A DNA stretch of 24,000 bases from an uncultured Neisseria sp. (GTDB lineage: Bacteria > Pseudomonadota > Gammaproteobacteria > Burkholderiales > UBA11063): contig CAZATM010000043.1 in the NCBI GenBank assembly GCA_964488065.1, positions 273 to 24,272 of the forward strand. The letters are read 5' to 3'. A program made the translations under genes and the position numbers. This document shows positions 17,875 to 24,000 of this stretch, in pieces. How positions within the stretch are numbered: the stretch's first letter is position 1; the number at the start of each line of letters is the position of its first letter. Under the pieces are notes generated by a model, which saw nothing but the letters and a program-made list of their open reading frames with translations, had not been told where the DNA came from and made no database searches.

Positions 17875-19626
17875 TTACTCGCCAATAGCTAAGCCTTCGC
17901 GGCGAGGATCGGCAGCACCCGCCCAACCATCAGAAGTTTTAAAGATTGTGGTTACGCCACTCACCAGTGGAACATAGTTAACTGATTCGCCATGAGCACT
18001 TAGCGCTGATTCGGCAAAACTCCAATCCATGTTCTGCTCCAACTGGGCGGTAGTATTTGGAGCACACAAATTACCGCTACTAACTGCTTCGAGCGGTGAT
18101 TGATGCATATCTAAGGTTTGAATCAAATTTTTGGCAACATAGCAAATTATTTGGCTACCACCCGGAGAACCGGTAACTGCCAAGAGCTGATTTTTCGGTT
18201 TGGCAAAGACCATTACTGGTGCAATTGAAGAACGAGGGCGTTTACCAGCTTCGACACGGTTGGCTATTGGCTGTCCATTAGCGGCAGTCGGCGCGAATGA
18301 AAAATCAGTTAGTTCATTATTGAGGAAGAAACCATCGACAAAGATATGGCTGCCAAACTGATGTTCGACGGTAACGGTCATGGAGACGGCATTACCGCTT
18401 TTATCTACAATCGCAATCGAAGTCGTACCATGAGGTTTAGGGCTGTTATCCGGTGCATAAAGCGGATCAATTCCCGCTGGAGTTCCGGCAATTACCGGTG
18501 TTGCCAGTGCTGTCTCACCAATTAATTCTGCGCGCCCATGCAGATATTTCGCAGCCAGCAAACCGTTTACCGGTTGTTTTTTAACAAAAGCCGGATCCGC
18601 TAGGTATTGATTGCGATCGGCAAAAGCCAGTTTGCTGGCTTCAAGAAAATAATACGGCCATTGCGGGTCATTCACATTTTGCGTATCATAGCTTAATGCG
18701 TAAAGATTCATTAATTCGGCAACGGTCACTCCGCCACTTGATGATGGTGGAACCGAGCAAATTTGATAGCTATCGCGATAGTTGCTGCAAACTGATGGTT
18801 TAACTAAGACCTGATAATTGGTAAAGTCGCGCGGAGTAAAGATTTCTTGCCCGGCTCGATGATTGACAGCATGAATAATATCACGGCTAAGTTTGCCGGA
18901 ATAGAAATTAGTTGGATTTTTGGCGATTAGTTTCAGACTTGCAGCATATTCTGGATTTTTAACAATGTCGCCAACCGGTTTAACCAAACCGGTGCTTTCA
19001 AAATAGACCGCGGTTATGGATGGATCCGTTTTTAAGATGTCCGTATCAGCAAGCAATAAACCATAAAGCCGCGGACTCATATTAAATCCATCAGTAGCCA
19101 GTTTGATTGCCGGCTGTAATAGGCTATCCCATTTAAGCTTGCCGCATTTTTGGTGCATTTTGTAGAAAAGTGCAACCTCACCGGGAACGCCAACTGCATG
19201 AGTGCTGAGCATCGCCGATTCGAATTTTAGCGGGCTTCCATCGGCAGCCAAGAACCACTTGGAGTTGGCTTTTAACGGTGCGGTTTCACGACCATCAAAA
19301 GCATTCAAGCTTTTATTCTTGGAGCTATAGCTGAGGGCATAGCCACCACCGCCAATTCCGGAAGATTGAGGTTCGGTTAAACCTAGAACAAACGCGGCAC
19401 TTATCGCTGCATCACAGGCGGAACCACCCTTGGCTAGAATTTGGTTGGCGGCGCGACTGGCATAAGGATTATTGGTCACTACCAGTGAATTTTTGCCGGT
19501 GACTAATTTTTGTTGGATTTTTGCCGAGGCTAATTCCGGGGCAATGGTGCTTGGTGAAGCACTTACGCTACCAATCGTGAATAGTGATAAGTATAACCAA
19601 CTGGTTATGAAATATTTGTTAGACAT
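17875..19626 (-). CDS. ggt: Gamma-glutamyltranspeptidase
   Basis: 583 aa with an N-terminal signal peptide. The motifs GGSACDAAI, SGIGGGG, the autoprocessing/catalytic Thr context (PHGTTSIAIVD) and GSPGGSQI are present. AGGAG lies 6 nt before the ATG. Confidence 0.93.
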   Translation of the reverse strand: MSNKYFITSWLYLSLFTIGSVSASPSTIAPELASAKIQQKLVTGKNSLVVTNNPYASRAANQILAKGGSACDAAISAAFVLGLTEPQSSGIGGGGYALSYSSKNKSLNAFDGRETAPLKANSKWFLAADGSPLKFESAMLSTHAVGVPGEVALFYKMHQKCGKLKWDSLLQPAIKLATDGFNMSPRLYGLLLADTDILKTDPSITAVYFESTGLVKPVGDIVKNPEYAASLKLIAKNPTNFYSGKLSRDIIHAVNHRAGQEIFTPRDFTNYQVLVKPSVCSNYRDSYQICSVPPSSSGGVTVAELMNLYALSYDTQNVNDPQWPYYFLEASKLAFADRNQYLADPAFVKKQPVNGLLAAKYLHGRAELIGETALATPVIAGTPAGIDPLYAPDNSPKPHGTTSIAIVDKSGNAVSMTVTVEHQFGSHIFVDGFFLNNELTDFSFAPTAANGQPIANRVEAGKRPRSSIAPVMVFAKPKNQLLAVTGSPGGSQIICYVAKNLIQTLDMHQSPLEAVSSGNLCAPNTTAQLEQNMDWSFAESALSAHGESVNYVPLVSGVTTIFKTSDGWAGAADPRREGLAIGE

Positions 19627-19808
19627 GCTATACTCCTGTGAAAGCGCTATAAATAGACCTTTTTATTGGTTAAATATCTACCGATAGTTGTGCGCGGTTA
19701 ATCCTTATGCCGGGGTAATGGCGTTACTAATATTGTAAGTGGCGATTATTTTATCAAAATATACCAAAGTGCTACTAGTTAATTCACAAAAACTTACCAG
19801 ATAATAAA

Positions 19809-19838
19809 AAAACCTGCCGAAATAAACTAGCAGGTTTT
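19809..19838 (-). terminator. Rho-independent terminator of ackA
   Basis: aaaacctgc (19809-19817) pairs with gcaggtttt (19830-19838). On the minus strand the hairpin is followed by tttttattat. Confidence 0.7.
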
Positions 19839-19863
19839 ATATTTAATGATTTGAAACAGGTTG

Positions 19864-21075
19864 TTAAATTAGTTCCTCAGTTTCTTTAGCAATCATCAAT
19901 TCTTCGTTAGTCGGTGCCAAAATTGCTGCGACTTTGGATTCTTTAGTGCTGATTACTCTTAGTTCGCCACGTACATCATTCAATTGTGGATCAATATTAA
20001 CACCGAGGAATGACACGCCTTCAATTACTTTGGCACGGGTAACTTTATCATTTTCTCCCAAACCGGCAGTAAATACAATGGCATCAACCCCATTCATTGC
20101 AGCGGCATAGGCGCCAATATATTTCTTGACATTATAAATGTAAACATCTAATGCTAATTGAGCGCGGACATTGCCTTTTTCAGCAGCTTCTTCAATATCA
20201 CGGAAATCACTGCTAACACCGGACAATCCCAACACACCGGATTTTTTATTCATCAAATTATCAACATCGGCCAATGATAAATTCATTTCGTGTGCCAAGA
20301 AACCAACGATACTCGGATCAATATCACCGCAGCGAGTACCCATTACCAAACCGGCTAATGGCGTAAATCCCATGCTGGTATCAATACTTTTCCCATGCTT
20401 AACTGCTGCTACCGAGGCACCATTGCCTAAGTGGCAAGTAATAATTTTTAAATCTTTTAAATCTTTGCCGAGTAATTTAGCAGCTTGATTGGCAACAAAC
20501 TTATGTGATGTACCATGAAATCCATAACGGCGAACTTTGTGTTCTTCATAAATTTCGTATGGTAGAGCATACATATAGGCTTCAGCCGGCATGGTTTGAT
20601 GGAATGCAGTATCAAACACGCCAACCATTGGAGTATAGGGCATTAGTTCTTTACAGGCTTGAATTCCAACGATATTGGCCGGATTATGCAACGGTGCCAA
20701 TTTAGAACATTCTTCCAATACTTTCATAACATCATCGTTAATTACTACCGATGAAGCATATTTTTCGCCACCATGAACCACCCGGTGACCAACGGCCTTA
20801 ATTTCATCCATTGAACGGATAACGCCAATATGTTCACAAGTTAAGGCCTTGATAACCACAGCGACCGCAGTTTTGTGATCGGTTATTATCGTGCCATTAG
20901 CTTGCTGTTTTTCATGGTCAATTACGAATTTTTCTTCGCCACGACGATGGGTTAAGACTGCACCGGGTAAACCAATCCGCTCGACTAAGCCTTTAGCAAT
21001 ATCCAATCCAGTTTCGGTTTCAATTAGTTGATATTTTAGAGATGAGCTACCACAATTAATTACCAATATTTTCAT
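19864..21075 (-). CDS. ackA: Acetate kinase
   Basis: The canonical N-terminus [17 protein letters not shown] begins at Met11 of the track ORF (ATG 21073-21075), with GAGGAA 7 nt upstream. A TATAAT (minus strand, 21107-21112) lies upstream of this start but inside the longer track ORF. HGTSH and the other ASKHA motifs are present. Confidence 0.93.
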   Translation of the reverse strand: MKILVINCGSSSLKYQLIETETGLDIAKGLVERIGLPGAVLTHRRGEEKFVIDHEKQQANGTIITDHKTAVAVVIKALTCEHIGVIRSMDEIKAVGHRVVHGGEKYASSVVINDDVMKVLEECSKLAPLHNPANIVGIQACKELMPYTPMVGVFDTAFHQTMPAEAYMYALPYEIYEEHKVRRYGFHGTSHKFVANQAAKLLGKDLKDLKIITCHLGNGASVAAVKHGKSIDTSMGFTPLAGLVMGTRCGDIDPSIVGFLAHEMNLSLADVDNLMNKKSGVLGLSGVSSDFRDIEEAAEKGNVRAQLALDVYIYNVKKYIGAYAAAMNGVDAIVFTAGLGENDKVTRAKVIEGVSFLGVNIDPQLNDVRGELRVISTKESKVAAILAPTNEELMIAKETEELI

Positions 21076-21176
21076 CAGGTGTTTCCTCATATAATTTGAA
21101 AACAATATTATACCGCTAAATAACCCTATAATAATTAATATTTATACCATAGTAATTAATTAAATCCCGGGTGAAT

Positions 21177-21929
21177 TTAAGGTGCAGATTTAAAATATTC
21201 GTTGCTGATCAATTGGTAAAGGTGGTCTGCCAATAAATCCCGCGAAGAAAAGTCTCGGGCATTGATTGGCGGTAGAATGGTAACATTAATGGTCAGGTCT
21301 TTTAGTTTAATCGTATTCATTACGGTTTGTAACCAATTAACCTTGGCAAAGGTGACTTCTGTCGCTAACTGATCATCTTCTTTGCGATAACTTAGGACGA
21401 CTGGAAAAATTTTACTGTCTGCTAGCAGCGCCGCTTCCAGAATTGGTGCTTTAAACGGGGCAATTACCTTACCGTCACCTGTTTTTCCTTCCGGGTACAA
21501 TCCAATTGTCGAACCCGTGGTTAAATATTTGGCGACTTGCTGATTGACATTTAGGATATCTTTCTTCTTGCGGCGGTCGATAAAAATAGTACCCCCGGCT
21601 TTGATTACCGTTTTTAAGATTGGCCAGTTTAACATTTCTATTTTACCAATATAGCGGACAAAACATAATCGCAACATAACAACCGTGTCCAGCCATGAAA
21701 TATGATTTGACACTAGCATGGCATTTTTTAGTTCTTCATTATTTAGTGGATAACCTTTAATCTGCAGCTTGGCTCCCGTCGAGGCAATCAGCATTCTCGA
21801 CCATGCCATTCGGACATATTTGCGGATGATTTTCAATGAAAATGGTGCAATTAGGATAATAGCCAGCACCATGAATGCCATACTGGCAATTACGGCAACA
21901 AATCGGATTCTACTAATTAACCAGCGCAT
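21177..21929 (-). CDS. plsC: 1-acyl-sn-glycerol-3-phosphate acyltransferase family protein (PlsC-like)
   Basis: 250 aa with an N-terminal TM segment. It has the acyltransferase HX4D motif (NHISWLD) and the YPEGKT (PEG) motif. Confidence 0.85.
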   Translation of the reverse strand: MRWLISRIRFVAVIASMAFMVLAIILIAPFSLKIIRKYVRMAWSRMLIASTGAKLQIKGYPLNNEELKNAMLVSNHISWLDTVVMLRLCFVRYIGKIEMLNWPILKTVIKAGGTIFIDRRKKKDILNVNQQVAKYLTTGSTIGLYPEGKTGDGKVIAPFKAPILEAALLADSKIFPVVLSYRKEDDQLATEVTFAKVNWLQTVMNTIKLKDLTINVTILPPINARDFSSRDLLADHLYQLISNEYFKSAP

Positions 21930-22187
21930 GAGTTCCTCATCAGTAAATAGGCAAATGATTATTTCTTAAGCGGCGCAATGGTTGGATCCAATCTTAATTG
22001 GAAGTCGAACCACGGGTAACTTAATATAAACTTTGGAGATGGCTCATTAACCCAATTTTCTGCGTTGATGATAGATGCTGATTATGAGTTGAGAGATTTC
22101 CAAAATAATAATTATTGTAAAGGAGTTATTTTAGCGTAATGCTATGAATTTATCAAACCGACTTATTGGAATATTTGCTAAAAAATA

Positions 22188-22216
22188 TTGACAAAATCAA
22201 ACGTATGTTTTACAAT
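22188..22216 (+). promoter_or_regulatory. Near-consensus promoter: TTGACA, 17 nt, TACAAT
   Basis: TTGACA at 22188-22193, a 17-nt spacer, TACAAT at 22211-22216. It lies about 38 nt upstream of the small ORF ATG at 22254. Confidence 0.55.
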
Positions 22217-22253
22217 ATCTTATTGAAACGAATGTTTGAAAATGGAGTGTAAA

Positions 22254-22415
22254 ATGAATACAATCTTGATTATAATGGCTAGCTGGGTGGTTATCTTATT
22301 ACTACCGGCGATTTCTTTTCATAAAGTTGCGGAGTACTTACGTAAATATAGCCACTATCAATTGAAACTAAAACGCCGCGCTAAAATACAACAATTACGC
22401 GTCGCTCATCAATGA
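22254..22415 (+). CDS. Small single-pass membrane protein, 53 aa (MNTILIIMASWVVILLLPAISFHKVAEYLRKYSHYQLKLKRRAKIQQLRVAHQ)
   Basis: GGAG lies 6 nt before the ATG, with a near-consensus promoter upstream and a hairpin downstream. It has one N-terminal hydrophobic helix followed by a strongly basic tail. I recognise no family. It is under the track's 60 aa cutoff. Confidence 0.45.
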   Translation: MNTILIIMASWVVILLLPAISFHKVAEYLRKYSHYQLKLKRRAKIQQLRVAHQ

Positions 22416-22452
22416 TACACTGCTAAAGCGGAGAAATTTCATTATCGCTAGA

Positions 22453-22482
22453 GGTGTAATAATTTTTACTAATTACTACACC
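22453..22482. terminator. Hairpin between the convergent small ORF and the pentapeptide-repeat gene
   Basis: ggtgtaataatt (22453-22464) pairs with aattactacacc (22471-22482): a 12-bp stem with one mismatch and a 6-nt loop. The U-runs are weak. It is flanked by an outer pairing ctagag (22448-22453) / ctctag (22496-22501). Confidence 0.45.
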
Positions 22483-22564
22483 CCATTTCATAGAGCTCTA
22501 GGAATCTCTTCTACCGGCATAAACTGTTAATGTTTAAGTCAGTAATGCTAATAGCTATTATGAT

Positions 22565-23458
22565 TTAGAGGCGATAGGCTTTTTCCAGATTTACATCTTT
22601 TGTTACTAAGTAATTATAAGTTTCTTTGTCGATGTGCGCGCCACTAAAATCAACATTTTTTAGAGAACGGGTTTTAAATTTCACCTGACGCAGAACGCAA
22701 TTGCGAAAAGAGCAATTTTTCAAATTCGCCCAACGAAAATTTACATTAAATAACGTTAACCCATCAAAATTAATTCCTTCCAGATTTGAGCAATTAAAAT
22801 TGGTATTAACCAATATTGCGTCGCGAACAATTACATCTTCGAGATTGGACTTGCTTAAAATACAATCACTGAGATTAGCACCAGTAAAGTTTACGTTTTC
22901 AAGATTGCTAAACCGTAAACTACTGCCTCTCAAATTGGCATGGCTAAAATCGGCACTATCCAAATTACTGAAATTAAATTTACTATTTTCGAGATTGGCA
23001 TGGGTGAAGTTGGCTTTGTCCAGATTGCTTAATGAAAAGCGTCCATTAGATATTGTATTATTGGCAAAATTAACCTTATCCAGATTGCTCATGCGAAAAT
23101 TTCCACTTGGGAGATTAGAATTACTTAGATCTGCTCGATCTAAATTACTTAGCGAGAAACTGGTTTTAGGTAGGTCGCTATTGCTAAAATCACAATTCTC
23201 CAAATTTTTGAAACGGTAATTTTTATGCTCGTGATGCTCTTTTTTTAGATCATAGGCATCAATAATTTCTTTAATATCACCGACTGTTGCCAACGTTTTT
23301 TGTGTGGCTTCAATTTCCGGTAGTCCATGACTGCAGAGTTCTTGAAATTTTTCGTCCAGATCATGTAATAATTGTAGTTTTAATTCTTCTAATTCTTCGC
23401 TACTGCGGTAATTTTTGAAAACATTATCAATAAATTGGTGAATAGTTGGATTTTGCAT
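22565..23458 (-). CDS. Fusion protein: N-terminal PadR-partner helical domain (DUF1700/HAAS-like) plus a C-terminal pentapeptide-repeat beta-helix; soluble
   Basis: 297 aa. Residues ~5-70 (IHQFIDNVFKNY..EELEELKLQLLHDLDEKFQELCSHGLPEIEATQKTLATVGDIKEII) fit the three-helix pattern of domains encoded next to PadR regulators. Residues ~83-285 are about 40 consecutive pentapeptide units (e.g. SNLDRADLSNSNLPSGNFRM). There is no hydrophobic segment. AGGA lies upstream of the ATG, and the gene starts 28 nt after the padR stop. Confidence 0.85.
   Translation of the reverse strand: MQNPTIHQFIDNVFKNYRSSEELEELKLQLLHDLDEKFQELCSHGLPEIEATQKTLATVGDIKEIIDAYDLKKEHHEHKNYRFKNLENCDFSNSDLPKTSFSLSNLDRADLSNSNLPSGNFRMSNLDKVNFANNTISNGRFSLSNLDKANFTHANLENSKFNFSNLDSADFSHANLRGSSLRFSNLENVNFTGANLSDCILSKSNLEDVIVRDAILVNTNFNCSNLEGINFDGLTLFNVNFRWANLKNCSFRNCVLRQVKFKTRSLKNVDFSGAHIDKETYNYLVTKDVNLEKAYRL
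22604..23212 (-). repeat. Pentapeptide-repeat coding array with a 20-aa (60-nt) super-period, about 10 coils
   Basis: Successive 20-residue blocks each begin SNL[DE]/ANLK/RSLK (SNLDRADL.., SNLDKVNF.., SNLDKANF.., SNLDSADF.., SNLENVNF.., SNLEDVIV.., SNLEGINF.., ANLKNCSF.., RSLKNVDF..). The corresponding DNA shows a degenerate 60-nt periodicity. Confidence 0.8.
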
Positions 23459-23486
23459 AAATTTTCCTTATTATATGTTGATATAT

Positions 23487-23819
23487 TTACATTAGTTGAT
23501 CAAGAATTTGCTTGGCTAATTCCCATTGTTGATGGTTTCGAATATAGCATTCGCGACCGCTCTCGGTGATGGCGTAGTATTTGCGGCGTCCACCAGAGGT
23601 TTCATCACCCCAATAGGATGTGACTTTCTCTTCTTGCTGTAGCCGCTTTAAGCAGGAATAAAGGGTTGCTTCTTTTAATTCAAATTGTCCATCGGTGGTT
23701 TTTTCAATTATTTTACAGATTTCATAACCATATTTGTCGCCGTCAAACAATAATTTCAAAATGATGGTATCCACATGGCCGCGCAAGAGGTCAGTGGAGA
23801 GTGTGAGAGATTTTTCCAT
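23487..23819 (-). CDS. PadR-family transcriptional regulator (short, ~110 aa subfamily)
   Basis: LLRGHVDTIILKLLFDGDKYGYEICKIIEKTTDGQFELKEATLYSCLKRLQQEEKVTSYWGDETSGGRRKYYAITESG is a typical PadR winged-HTH. The start is placed at Met46 of the track ORF (ATG 23817-23819), with AGGA 7 nt upstream. The 45-aa extension in the track ORF is not PadR-like and would overlap the likely promoter. Confidence 0.9.
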   Translation of the reverse strand: MEKSLTLSTDLLRGHVDTIILKLLFDGDKYGYEICKIIEKTTDGQFELKEATLYSCLKRLQQEEKVTSYWGDETSGGRRKYYAITESGRECYIRNHQQWELAKQILDQLM

Positions 23820-23840
23820 AAGGTTTTCCTTGTTGTATAT

Positions 23841-23863
23841 ATTACTATGCAAAACATAGTAAT
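23841..23863. promoter_or_regulatory. Perfect 9-bp inverted repeat ATTACTATG-N5-CATAGTAAT; candidate PadR operator overlapping the padR promoter
   Basis: attactatg (23841-23849) and catagtaat (23855-23863) are exact reverse complements with a 5-nt spacer, 22-44 nt upstream of the padR ATG. On the minus strand the repeat overlaps the spacer and part of both the -35 and -10 hexamers of a TTAATT-16-TAATAT promoter-like arrangement. Confidence 0.55.
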
Positions 23864-24000
23864 TAATACGTGATTGTATAACAGGTAATGGAAAACATGC
23901 TAGTTTTTTAGCAGAAATATTTTTTAGAAATAGTGCAGAGCAAAAATACCACACTAAACATTATCTAGCAGTTATTTTGATGATTGTGGTTGGAAGTGGT

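Noticed and set aside
21076-21105. 10-codon N-terminal extension of ackA ([10 protein letters not shown]) and the analogous 45-codon extension of padR (23820-23954)
   Set aside because: The canonical family N-termini ([12 protein letters not shown]; MEKSLTLSTDLLRGHVD) start at internal Met codons that have good AGGA-type RBSs. The extensions overlap promoter-like and operator sequences.
1717-21969. The remaining short track ORFs that overlap confidently called genes on the opposite strand or in another frame (1717-2031, 2106-2309, 2626-2817, 3527-3913, 4331-4537, 7757-7984, 8746-8994, 9521-9703, 10338-10532, 10383-10589, 11879-12097, 12776-12967, 13388-13582, 13749-14075, 16982-17164, 17212-17412, 19472-19687, 20171-20488, 20505-20705, 21769-21969)
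   Set aside because: Each lies inside or antisense to a gene with clear family signatures. None has an RBS or promoter, and their compositions are unlike real proteins. They are treated as shadow ORFs.
21981-22015. tRNA-like fragment (tccaa-tcttaa-ttgga stem-loop followed by gtcgaacc, reminiscent of a T-loop), considered as a tRNA gene or att-site remnant
   Set aside because: The loop is 6 nt rather than 7. There is no U33 context, acceptor stem, D-arm or proper GTTCGAATC T-arm on either strand. No integrase or direct repeat lies nearby.
22701-23219. 172-aa plus-strand ORF with its own repetitive sequence (..SRLL..KLxLSRLL..)
   Set aside because: It is exactly antisense to the pentapeptide-repeat array. 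Its repetitiveness and openness are by-products of the 60-nt periodic coding repeat on the other strand. It has no RBS or promoter.
1-24000. Searched the window for mobile elements, CRISPR arrays, rRNA/tRNA genes, phage or defence-system genes, and long direct or terminal inverted repeats
   Set aside because: I recognised no transposase, integrase, recombinase, Cas, restriction or toxin-domain ORF. I saw no regularly spaced direct repeats and no convincing structured-RNA gene signatures by eye. A computational scan (tRNAscan-SE, Infernal/Rfam, ISfinder, DefenseFinder) would be needed to confirm their absence.

Overview
This window looks like a chromosomal segment from a fairly AT-rich gammaproteobacterium. 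That guess rests on the MutS, SuhB and PyrF sequences; no database search was possible and the taxon is unconfirmed. I found no rRNA or tRNA genes, CRISPR arrays, transposases or integrases. The left third (864-8330) is a tightly packed minus-strand block: glycerate kinase, a frameshifted C-factor-like SDR, pyrF, a CPA2-type cation/proton antiporter, mutS and suhB. Next come an orphan lipoprotein built from three ~125-130 aa tandem modules, a permease-tryptophanase pair, a divergent treB-treC trehalose PTS operon, a ggt plus amino-acid-permease pair, a solitary ackA, and plsC. The most unusual locus is at the right edge (22565-23863). A short PadR-family regulator with a perfect 9-bp inverted repeat in its promoter region is followed, apparently in the same operon, by a soluble fusion protein. 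That protein joins a PadR-partner (DUF1700/HAAS-like) N-terminal helical domain to a ~200 aa pentapeptide-repeat beta-helix. Three ORFs too short for the supplied track (44, 39 and 53 codons) have strong promoter and Shine-Dalgarno signals and deserve testing. All functional calls come from reading the translated ORFs against remembered family signatures. All promoter, terminator and repeat calls were located by eye in the sequence.
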